DNA of 64,000 nt. Source: Candidatus Babelota bacterium. Its GTDB lineage: Bacteria > Babelota > Babeliae > Babelales > UBA12411. The stretch is taken from positions 148,324 through 212,323 of the forward strand of contig DOJW01000007.1 of NCBI GenBank assembly GCA_003511165.1. The letters run 5' to 3'. Below, one piece after another: positions 56,382 to 64,000 of this stretch (position 1 is the stretch's first letter; each line of letters begins with the position of its first letter). Below the pieces are notes generated by a model. That model saw only the letters and a program-made list of their open reading frames with translations. It made no database searches and was not told the origin of the DNA. The translations under genes were made by a program, and so were the position numbers.

Positions 56382-57686
56382 TTAAAAATTAAATGCTAAA
56401 ACTCCACCAAAGGTACTTGCCATAATTGTTCGACGACCAATAAGCGGATATTTATAGAACAAACTTAACTGAGGCTTAATTTTTGCATTTGGAAAATCTT
56501 TATAAAAATCATAACTTAAATTAAAAATCAGATTATGATAATTCCACTCCATAAAACTTTGCGCAGTATTCGCAATATCTTGATTAAAATTCAAATCATG
56601 AACTTGCAAAGTATCTTCTCCATTTGTTCCATATTGATAATTTAACTTAGCACTTAAACCATGGAAAAAATGTTCCGCACCAGCATACATGTTAAAAGTC
56701 CATTGATTGCCAAATGATCTTCTTACCATTCCTTTATTTAATAACAAAAAATCTGTTTGATTGGAATCTGACTTTAATCGATAAACCTTTGTGATATCAA
56801 AAACTTTTATCATTTCCAAATCTACACCAAATCTAAATTTGTATTTGAATGATAAGTCTAGCGACGCAGCAATTGGGAATGCAAATGCTCCATCATTTCC
56901 AAGCGGCATACTAAAAGATTTGTTTACATCTATTTCTGGGCTTGTAGGCAAAATCAAACCTGTTCGAAAACCTAAGCGCACATTTTTTAATGTTGATTTA
57001 TATTTAGGAAAATCATTGTACCAACGCAAAATTAATTCTAAATCACCAAACCCAGTTTTTGACCAGCTTCCAATATCTAAATCTCCAAGATTTTTAACAA
57101 CAGTCGCAATGTCATTTGTCAAAACTCTTTTTACCTCTAAATCTGCTGCATTATAACTTTTGGTTTGATCAATCCACTGAACATCTTTTATTTTTAAACT
57201 TCGAACTGGCAAATAAGCGGTAAAATCAAATTTTCCAGGTATTGATTCGAAATCAAAATTAAATTGTGAATACAAAGAATAATCAATCCCTTCGAATTTT
57301 CCATTTACCTTAAAGCTTCCTCTGTTATTATCTGTATTTGGAGTTGTATACGCATCTTCTATACTGTTCTTTAGATTATAAATTGCGCTTCCTGGCTGAG
57401 CTTGAAGCAACATGGCAAGAGAAGATTGTTTGTCTTGGTACAAAGAAAGCAGATTTACACTGTCTCTGTTATAATTTCTAGATTTTTTTGTAGAACCAAA
57501 CTCTAAAGTGTTGCCAATTTTTACAATTTCTCTTTTATTTTTTCCTTTTATAGGCCAAGAAGTCATTCTAAAATTTGGATCATGCGGTTTTGTGAAATTT
57601 ATAGGAGCATAAGCAAATGGGTTTAAATTTCCAAATAAAAAAAATATTCCAAAAATCTTTAAAATATATACTTTGTGCAATTTCAT
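56382..57686 (-). CDS. Outer-membrane beta-barrel protein, paralog 3
   Basis: Signal peptide; C-terminal GGVLAFNF. Shared blocks (LPVRSLKIKDVQWIDQT, KTGFGDLELILRW) with the other two OMP paralogs. Confidence 0.7.
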   Translation of the reverse strand: MKLHKVYILKIFGIFFLFGNLNPFAYAPINFTKPHDPNFRMTSWPIKGKNKREIVKIGNTLEFGSTKKSRNYNRDSVNLLSLYQDKQSSLAMLLQAQPGSAIYNLKNSIEDAYTTPNTDNNRGSFKVNGKFEGIDYSLYSQFNFDFESIPGKFDFTAYLPVRSLKIKDVQWIDQTKSYNAADLEVKRVLTNDIATVVKNLGDLDIGSWSKTGFGDLELILRWYNDFPKYKSTLKNVRLGFRTGLILPTSPEIDVNKSFSMPLGNDGAFAFPIAASLDLSFKYKFRFGVDLEMIKVFDITKVYRLKSDSNQTDFLLLNKGMVRRSFGNQWTFNMYAGAEHFFHGLSAKLNYQYGTNGEDTLQVHDLNFNQDIANTAQSFMEWNYHNLIFNLSYDFYKDFPNAKIKPQLSLFYKYPLIGRRTIMASTFGGVLAFNF

Positions 57687-57721
57687 TAATAACCCTTTTA
57701 TATAAAGTTTAATTCAAATTT

Positions 57722-60610
57722 TTATTCGTTAACTCTAACACCAAAATCTCCAGGAACCATATATGAACCACAAGCACTATTTCTAGATGCTATTCCAACA
57801 CTGTAAGCATCAGAAGGAACACCGACATCTATAGAAAATCCCCTACTGGTACCATAAGAAGTCATATTCAATTGGTGTTGCATAATTTTTACAAAATCTC
57901 TACTTCCAAAATTTTGAGAAAGTTCGTGAAACAAAAAAGAACCATCCGTAAAAATATTTCCACGATAATTTCCAATCGACAAAAATTGTTTGAAATTCCC
58001 AGCTTCAACTATTTTTTGCACAGTCGAATAAGAAACGATAGCTGCGCCACTTGTATCTTGTACTTCAAATCTATAAATATCTGCCAATCTTCTTGAATAA
58101 TCACAGACAAGCAAATATAAATTTCCACCTTGAGTAAATCCACCTTTTGTAGCAGAAAGAGGGAATAACTGTTTTGCAGAACTATATGAACTGCTATAAC
58201 CACCAGAATAATCAAGTTTGATTTCTGTCCAATTTAAATCCGAAGCACTGACTCCAGTTTTTATATTTTTGCCATCACCAACGCGGAAAATTCCTTCACT
58301 TGTAGCAAGTAACCCTAATTTGGAAGAAACAATGAAATCATTAAATGACGCATAACTTTTACCAGTTAAACCTACAGCTGTCGCAAGCAGAGTAACAGTT
58401 GGGCTTGGAGCTCCAACTGTCGAAAAATTAGCTGCATCTAAGGCTATTTTATATAAAGAATCAGCAGTCAAAATATATAAATTTGTATCATCACAAATAA
58501 CAGTACGAACACGAGAAAAATTTCCAATTTCTTTAAACGACATAGTTGATGTAATTCCAACAAAACCTCGTTGTAAACCTGTAGCTGTATCCCAACCATT
58601 TCCATTAACTTCGCTTAAAACAGCAACTCCATTATAACCACTAACAAATAGCCATCCATTATTTGTACCGCCCGCTAAAACATTTCTGGAAATTTCAACT
58701 TTTGATATTGGACCTAAATTTGTCAAATCACCACCAGCAATGGCCATTACTTTGCTATTTGCATCACCATCAACCGCATATCCGTTAGTTGATCTAAGTA
58801 AACCTGTTGTAAAATCTCCCGAATTTGGTAAAAAAGCACCGGCTACATTTCTGCCAGTTTCAACCAAAAGCAATTTCTGATATCCACTAACAGCAAGAAA
58901 TGATAATCCATTTGCTCCAGATTTAAAAGTTGGGCTATTTTCATCAAAATTAAATATTTCAGATACGCCACCAAATGCAATATTAAATTCGTTAGACATC
59001 AAAGAAACAAAACCATTAGAACCATCGGCTGTTGATCCACCTAAAATTCCGTCGCCTTGTCCGCTTCCCCATTGAGTTACATTCATCGAATTTGCTCCAG
59101 CAGTATCAACTGATAAATAAGCAAACAAAGAAGAAGTTGGATCTATAACAGCTGTAACAATTTTTTGCGAACTGCCACAAACTCTTTGCCATGGCGTCCA
59201 TTTTGCAATAACACCATCTTTGTTAAATATCGCACTACTATAAAAAATTCCTTGCTTTGAAGGTTCATCTACCGCTGCGCTATCTCCAGTTAAGCAAACA
59301 TAAACAGAATCCCCAAAAGTAAACATATCACCGATTGCAACATTTGCAGCAATTGGCAAATCACCCGCCCCAACAATAGCCGCTGCATCCGTAGCTCTTG
59401 TCATTTCAGCTGCAGTTGAAACCACTTTTGTTAAATCATTTTTATTTGCGATCTTATTGTTGACCATTGGCAAAGCAAAAACTTTATTTTTTGCGAGAGC
59501 TGTTGGTGCTGCAGTCGTATCAATCACACCACCATTAACAATCATGTAACGTTTGCTTGTACTCGTTTTTAATATTTTAAGTTTATAAATAGCAGACCAA
59601 ATTTCATTTGCAGAATTAGTATAAAAACCAACAATTTCATTATTTGCATTTAATGTAAAATTTGAAGAATTTGAAGTAACAACAGGTTCCAAAGTTAATT
59701 TATAAGGATTTTCCAAAGTTGCATCTGTCGAAAAATAAGCCGATATCACGGAAATCGCACCACCAACAGAAGCCGAATTGCTTCTCTTTGCTTTCAATGC
59801 AATAAATAAATTTTTTGTTTCGCTATCCCATTGCATGGAAACAATATTATCTAAAGCCGCATCTTGAGTTATCGCGATAAGATTATTCGTAGCTCCTAAT
59901 CCTATACCGATAGCTTTATTATTATTTTTTGTTCCAGCGACAGCATCTGCAATATTTAAATAACCTTTATCAAGATAAAGAACTGCAATTCCACTATTTA
60001 AAGTACCAAAGCTGTTACCATTTGGAGCCACAGCTGCAAAAATAGTCCCTGATGCGGCGGCAATTGTTGCTATTTTACTTGAATCGTTTCCACCAGCATC
60101 TTTGATTTTTACTTTGTTTGTACGAACTGTATCTTTTGCCTCGATCAGACAAATTTTTTGAGTATCTCCCAAAATCTCATCTGTTGTATCTTGATCAATA
60201 ACAACAATAGGCGCATCACCCAAAACTAAATAATCAATTGATTTGCCATAAATCGGATTACTTTTTTTATCTTCAGTTTTAGGAGCAGAGGACATTTCTG
60301 AATCTTTTTTTATAGGCTTAAAAAAATTTACATATGCTTTTTCATCAACAAGAGGATTAATTTTTATTTCATATAGCTCTGTATCATCATTTTGCCTATA
60401 AGAAAAAATTGAAACAGCATTTTGCCCAATCAAAGAACTGTTGTTTTGCAAACTTACATTAGCGCCTAAATAGCCACTAAAACCACCTGCCCAAGAAGAT
60501 GATAATAAACAAGGTCCAGCGGCAACATTAGTTGCATTACTCAATGCACCTTTAATTGTTTGAAAAGAAAGAAGCGAACAAATCGATAAATAAAACAAAA
60601 ATTTTTTCAT
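57722..60610 (-). CDS. Large (~962 aa) secreted surface protein, paralog of 40434-43136
   Basis: Start placed at ATG 60610 (MKKFLFYLSICSLLSFQTIKG signal peptide). Collinear similarity to the 40434-43136 product (STSKRYMIVNGG, GYQKLLLVET, TNLYILTADSLYKI). Confidence 0.7.
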   Translation of the reverse strand: MKKFLFYLSICSLLSFQTIKGALSNATNVAAGPCLLSSSWAGGFSGYLGANVSLQNNSSLIGQNAVSIFSYRQNDDTELYEIKINPLVDEKAYVNFFKPIKKDSEMSSAPKTEDKKSNPIYGKSIDYLVLGDAPIVVIDQDTTDEILGDTQKICLIEAKDTVRTNKVKIKDAGGNDSSKIATIAAASGTIFAAVAPNGNSFGTLNSGIAVLYLDKGYLNIADAVAGTKNNNKAIGIGLGATNNLIAITQDAALDNIVSMQWDSETKNLFIALKAKRSNSASVGGAISVISAYFSTDATLENPYKLTLEPVVTSNSSNFTLNANNEIVGFYTNSANEIWSAIYKLKILKTSTSKRYMIVNGGVIDTTAAPTALAKNKVFALPMVNNKIANKNDLTKVVSTAAEMTRATDAAAIVGAGDLPIAANVAIGDMFTFGDSVYVCLTGDSAAVDEPSKQGIFYSSAIFNKDGVIAKWTPWQRVCGSSQKIVTAVIDPTSSLFAYLSVDTAGANSMNVTQWGSGQGDGILGGSTADGSNGFVSLMSNEFNIAFGGVSEIFNFDENSPTFKSGANGLSFLAVSGYQKLLLVETGRNVAGAFLPNSGDFTTGLLRSTNGYAVDGDANSKVMAIAGGDLTNLGPISKVEISRNVLAGGTNNGWLFVSGYNGVAVLSEVNGNGWDTATGLQRGFVGITSTMSFKEIGNFSRVRTVICDDTNLYILTADSLYKIALDAANFSTVGAPSPTVTLLATAVGLTGKSYASFNDFIVSSKLGLLATSEGIFRVGDGKNIKTGVSASDLNWTEIKLDYSGGYSSSYSSAKQLFPLSATKGGFTQGGNLYLLVCDYSRRLADIYRFEVQDTSGAAIVSYSTVQKIVEAGNFKQFLSIGNYRGNIFTDGSFLFHELSQNFGSRDFVKIMQHQLNMTSYGTSRGFSIDVGVPSDAYSVGIASRNSACGSYMVPGDFGVRVNE

Positions 60611-60694
60611 ATTTAATCCCATGTCATTACCTCGCCTAAAACAAAAAATCATCTAGATATTTTAAAAGGATTTTAAAAAATATGAAAGCTCAAT

Positions 60695-62269
60695 TTATCG
60701 ATCTAAGAAGTAAATCTTTAGTCCAAATTGTTTTCTTGTAAAAAATAGGAATAAAAGAGTTGCACCACAAAGTGGAGAAACAATTACCCAGTAACCAATT
60801 CGGTAATAAAAAAATGAATAAAAAGAGGTTTTGGAAATAAAATAAAAAATTGCTAAATAAAATATATAAAAAAGAGAAAACCCAACACTAAGTTGAAATA
60901 AACATTTTGAGGCAAAAGATCCAAGACGACCAATATGAAGTGAAGCGTTATGTTTTCGATGTAAATATAAAAAAGATAAAATAGATGTTGTAATACCCGA
61001 TAAAACAGTTGAAAAAGCAATACCATAAATCGCAAATTTACCAAAATAAAAATAACTAAGCATATTAAAACAAAAGCTCAATATAGTTGAAATAATTCCA
61101 ATTAGAGTAGGTGTCCATGTATCATGAAATGCATAAAATACATTGGTTAAAACCTTATTCCATGACAAAAATATTATTGCACAAGCAAAAATAGTTAAAA
61201 TCCACGAAGCTTTCAAAATTTGTGCATTCGTTGCCGATCCTGCAAGCATTAAAGTCGAAAATATTTTTTCAGAAACAAATATCAAAAACAAAGAAGAAGG
61301 CAGCGATATCCAAAAGTTAAACTTGGTCGCTTCCAAAAGATAAAAACTAAGCCTGCTAGGTGCATAAAGAATTGTACGCGTAAGATGCGAAAGCAAAACG
61401 GTAGCAAAACCTATTGCAAAAATACCAAGCGGAATTCGCATAAATGAATAACCATAAGTAATTATAGAAATCGAACCTTTTTCAAAATAAGAAGCAAAAC
61501 CTGTATCAATCCAAATACTAATTTCTATAACACTTGTCGCAAACAAACAGTTTCCAAATTTGCTGATAGCTTTTTTAAAATTGACCATGGAATTCGCATC
61601 ATATTTTTGAAAACTAAAATCAAATCTAAAATAAACAAGCAAATAACATAAAAACTGTAATATTCCACCAATCACAATACCTATACAGTAAACAATAACC
61701 GGAAGTTTAAATAAAAAACAAAGAGCAATCGAAAGTAAAAATGTGATATTTAAAATAATCGGTGCAAAAGCTATCATAAAAAAATGATTTGAAGCTTGAA
61801 GAGCTGCAGAAAGAAGCGCACTTGCAGAAATAAAAAGTATGAAAGGAAACAACACTCTCACGAAAGGAACCGCATAAGAAATCTGCTCCTCCGAAAATCC
61901 TGATGCGAGTAAACCAATAATCAAGCGAGGACAAGTCACAACAAAAATAGTAAACAAAAGCAGAATAGCTTGAAAAAATAGCATCGAAATTGAAATTAAC
62001 CTTGAAGCATCTTCTTTTCCATCTTGTTTTACAATTTTTACAAAAGAAGGAACAAATGCAGAAGAAAGAGCTCCTTCGGCAAAAACTTTTCGTAAAGTGT
62101 TTGGAATTCGCAAAGCTACCAAAAAAGCATCGGAGATCGCACCAAAACCCAAAAGTCTAATCTGAAGCAAATCTCGAATCATGCCTAAAAGGCGGCTAAT
62201 TAAAGTTAAACTTCCAAATTGAAGGGTTTTCTGCACTATAGATTTTTTGGTCATTTTATCATTCATCAC
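60695..62269 (-). CDS. murJ: Lipid II flippase MurJ (MviN family)
   Basis: LISRLLGMIRDLLQIRLLGFGAISDAFLVALRIPNTLRKVFAEGALSSAFVP is the canonical MurJ N-terminus. 524 aa, ~14 TM. Confidence 0.9.
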   Translation of the reverse strand: MMNDKMTKKSIVQKTLQFGSLTLISRLLGMIRDLLQIRLLGFGAISDAFLVALRIPNTLRKVFAEGALSSAFVPSFVKIVKQDGKEDASRLISISMLFFQAILLLFTIFVVTCPRLIIGLLASGFSEEQISYAVPFVRVLFPFILFISASALLSAALQASNHFFMIAFAPIILNITFLLSIALCFLFKLPVIVYCIGIVIGGILQFLCYLLVYFRFDFSFQKYDANSMVNFKKAISKFGNCLFATSVIEISIWIDTGFASYFEKGSISIITYGYSFMRIPLGIFAIGFATVLLSHLTRTILYAPSRLSFYLLEATKFNFWISLPSSLFLIFVSEKIFSTLMLAGSATNAQILKASWILTIFACAIIFLSWNKVLTNVFYAFHDTWTPTLIGIISTILSFCFNMLSYFYFGKFAIYGIAFSTVLSGITTSILSFLYLHRKHNASLHIGRLGSFASKCLFQLSVGFSLFYIFYLAIFYFISKTSFYSFFYYRIGYWVIVSPLCGATLLFLFFTRKQFGLKIYFLDR

Positions 62270-62292
62270 AATACTCTGCTTACAAGTTAAAA

Positions 62293-62649
62293 TTAAACGT
62301 CAAAATTTTCTTTTTCTAAAAAACTTAAATCTTCTTCATCTAATCTAAAGTCATCATCATCAAGAAGATTTTCATCTTTTAAAAAATCAACTTCTTCTTC
62401 ATTTTCTTTTACTTCTTTTACCTCTTGCTTTTTTACTTCCTCCTTTTTTATCGTTTCTTTTGGCGAGGAAGTAACATTTTCTTCAGCTTTTTTAACTTCT
62501 TGCAATTTTGGCTCGGGTAAAACATCTGTTTTTTCTGAAATAATAGAAGTTGCAGCAGTCGCCCCAGTCGAATCAAAATTTTCAGCAGCTTTTGCAAAAG
62601 TTAAAGAAGCACAAAATAAACAACCTAAAAATATTAAAATCTTTTCCAT
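62293..62649 (-). CDS. Small acidic secreted protein (hypothetical)
   Basis: Start placed at the internal ATG 62649 (MEKILIFLGCLFCASLTFA signal peptide). Lys/Glu-rich, then an Asp/Glu-rich tail. Confidence 0.5.
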   Translation of the reverse strand: MEKILIFLGCLFCASLTFAKAAENFDSTGATAATSIISEKTDVLPEPKLQEVKKAEENVTSSPKETIKKEEVKKQEVKEVKENEEEVDFLKDENLLDDDDFRLDEEDLSFLEKENFDV

Positions 62650-62710
62650 AAAAATCCCTCTAATTTTGAATTTAAAAAGATCGAAAACAGCTAATATTAT
62701 TCGCCTTTTT

Positions 62711-63397
62711 TTACTTTTTTGCAACAGACAAAACGCCCTCATGCAACTTAAAAATTGTATCCATGCGATCATACACATCCGGATCATGCGAACAAATTAT
62801 TATCCCAAGACCCCACTCGTGCTGGCACTTCAAAAATAAATCCACCATTTTTGCAGCATTACGAGCATCTAAATTACCCGTAGGCTCATCCGCCAAAATA
62901 AATTTTGGTTTATTAAATAACGCACGCAAAGCAGAAACTCTTTGAAGCTCTCCACCCGAAAGTTCAAATGGATATTTTTTTTCTACATTTTCAAGCTGCA
63001 TAAAACTTAAAAGCTCTTTTGCTCTTTGTTTGCAAAAGTTTCTATTTTCACCAAAAATCAAACCTGGAACCATTAAATTTTCAAGAACAGAAAACTCATT
63101 AATTAAATAATGAAATTGAAAAACAAAACCAATCTCTTTGTTTAAAAAACTCTCTTTACGTTTTTGTGAAAAACTCTTTATATTTTCTTCATCAAAAAAC
63201 AGATCTCCTGCTGTCGGAGTATCAAGTCCTCCCAGAATATGTAAGAAAGTAGATTTGCCGCTACCAGAAACTCCAGTTAAAGCATAACTTTTACCCTGCT
63301 CAAAATCAGCCGTAACGCCTCTTAAAACAAGCTGCTTCTGATCATCTTGGCTGTAAAACTTTTCAATACCCTTGGCAGACAAAATAGAAGAAGTCAT
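62711..63397 (-). CDS. ABC transporter ATP-binding protein (LolD/MacB/FtsE-type)
   Basis: Walker A GVSGSGKST, signature LSGGELQRVSALRA, Walker B FILADEPTGNLD. Start placed at ATG 63397, preceded by AGGAG. Confidence 0.85.
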   Translation of the reverse strand: MTSSILSAKGIEKFYSQDDQKQLVLRGVTADFEQGKSYALTGVSGSGKSTFLHILGGLDTPTAGDLFFDEENIKSFSQKRKESFLNKEIGFVFQFHYLINEFSVLENLMVPGLIFGENRNFCKQRAKELLSFMQLENVEKKYPFELSGGELQRVSALRALFNKPKFILADEPTGNLDARNAAKMVDLFLKCQHEWGLGIIICSHDPDVYDRMDTIFKLHEGVLSVAKK

Positions 63398-63605
63398 TTT
63401 TCTCCTAAACAATTTATTTCTAAATGCAAAATTATTATAAACAAATTATAAAGTAGCATTTCATGAAGCTTTTTAAAATGTCAAGAGTAAATTAATGGAA
63501 TATAAAAGATTTTGAGCGCTATTTTTTTCAGGAGTTGTTTTAACTAGTTCCTTTCAAATAAAATTAAAAAAAGAGAGAAACTCAAAAACACACAAGGGGG
63601 GGAAA

Positions 63606-64000
63606 ATGGAAGAAACAAAAAAACAAAATATGGAAAAAATACCTGATAAACTTCCGGTTATACCAACGATGGATGTGGTAGTTTTTCCACATATGATAGT
63701 ACCGCTTCTGGTACTCGACGAACAAATAATCAAAGGAATCGAAGAATCATTAGAAAATTCTAAAAAAGTAATTTTGCTCGCAACACGCGAACAAGCTGAC
63801 GGTTACCAAGGACCAATAGGCGTCCAAGATTTACATGAAATTGGAACTGTAGCTTCTATTATGAGACTTGTAAAACTTCCCGAAGGTGGCATAAAAATTT
63901 TAGTACAAGGTATCGTAAGAGCTGAAGTCAAAGAAATATTAACAGATGAAGAAATTTTGTTCGTAAAGTTAAAACCAATTTATCTAGAAACCAAGGCCGA
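63606..64000 (+). CDS. lon: Lon protease, N-terminal part (runs off the window end)
   Basis: My translation from ATG 63606 (after aagggggggaaa): MEETKKQNMEKIPDKLPVIPTMDVVVFPHMIVPLLVLDEQIIKGIE...IGTVASIMRLVKLPEGGIKILVQG. This is a typical LON substrate-binding domain. It is absent from the ORF track because no stop lies in the window. Confidence 0.8.
   Translation, partial: MEETKKQNMEKIPDKLPVIPTMDVVVFPHMIVPLLVLDEQIIKGIEESLENSKKVILLATREQADGYQGPIGVQDLHEIGTVASIMRLVKLPEGGIKILVQGIVRAEVKEILTDEEILFVKLKPIYLETKA

Overview
This is an AT-rich bacterial chromosome segment of about 55 credible genes. Diderm envelope functions are present: LptF/G-type permease, MurJ, a LolD-type ABC ATPase, an MCE/MlaD protein, beta-barrel OMPs and a gspFGHIJK-like pseudopilin cluster. 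Housekeeping genes include pgsA, pssA, grpE, an HtrA-type protease, tlyA, glmM, a PMM/PGM mutase, a UvrD/PcrA helicase, mutS, atpI/B/E and the lon 5' end. About 40% of genes are orphan proteins with signal peptides, several with eukaryote-like or effector-like features (ANK-like, WD40-like propeller, PP2C, M48-like metalloproteases). That fits a host-associated lineage, possibly Dependentiae/TM6-like, but this is inference only. Main findings: (1) atpE encodes four fused F-type c-subunit hairpins in a single 317-aa protein, each keeping its helix-2 Glu. (2) An OMP plus ~900-aa surface-protein cassette occurs twice, inverted and with swapped gene order, plus a third solo OMP paralog. (3) Three 450-700 bp GC-rich non-coding repeat islands are built from hairpin modules with compensatory substitutions. 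(4) A GIY-YIG nuclease gene is bracketed by small elements with perfect 27-bp terminal inverted repeats. (5) An IS200-type element lies next to a frameshifted PP2C lipoprotein gene. I found no rRNA, tRNA or CRISPR array.
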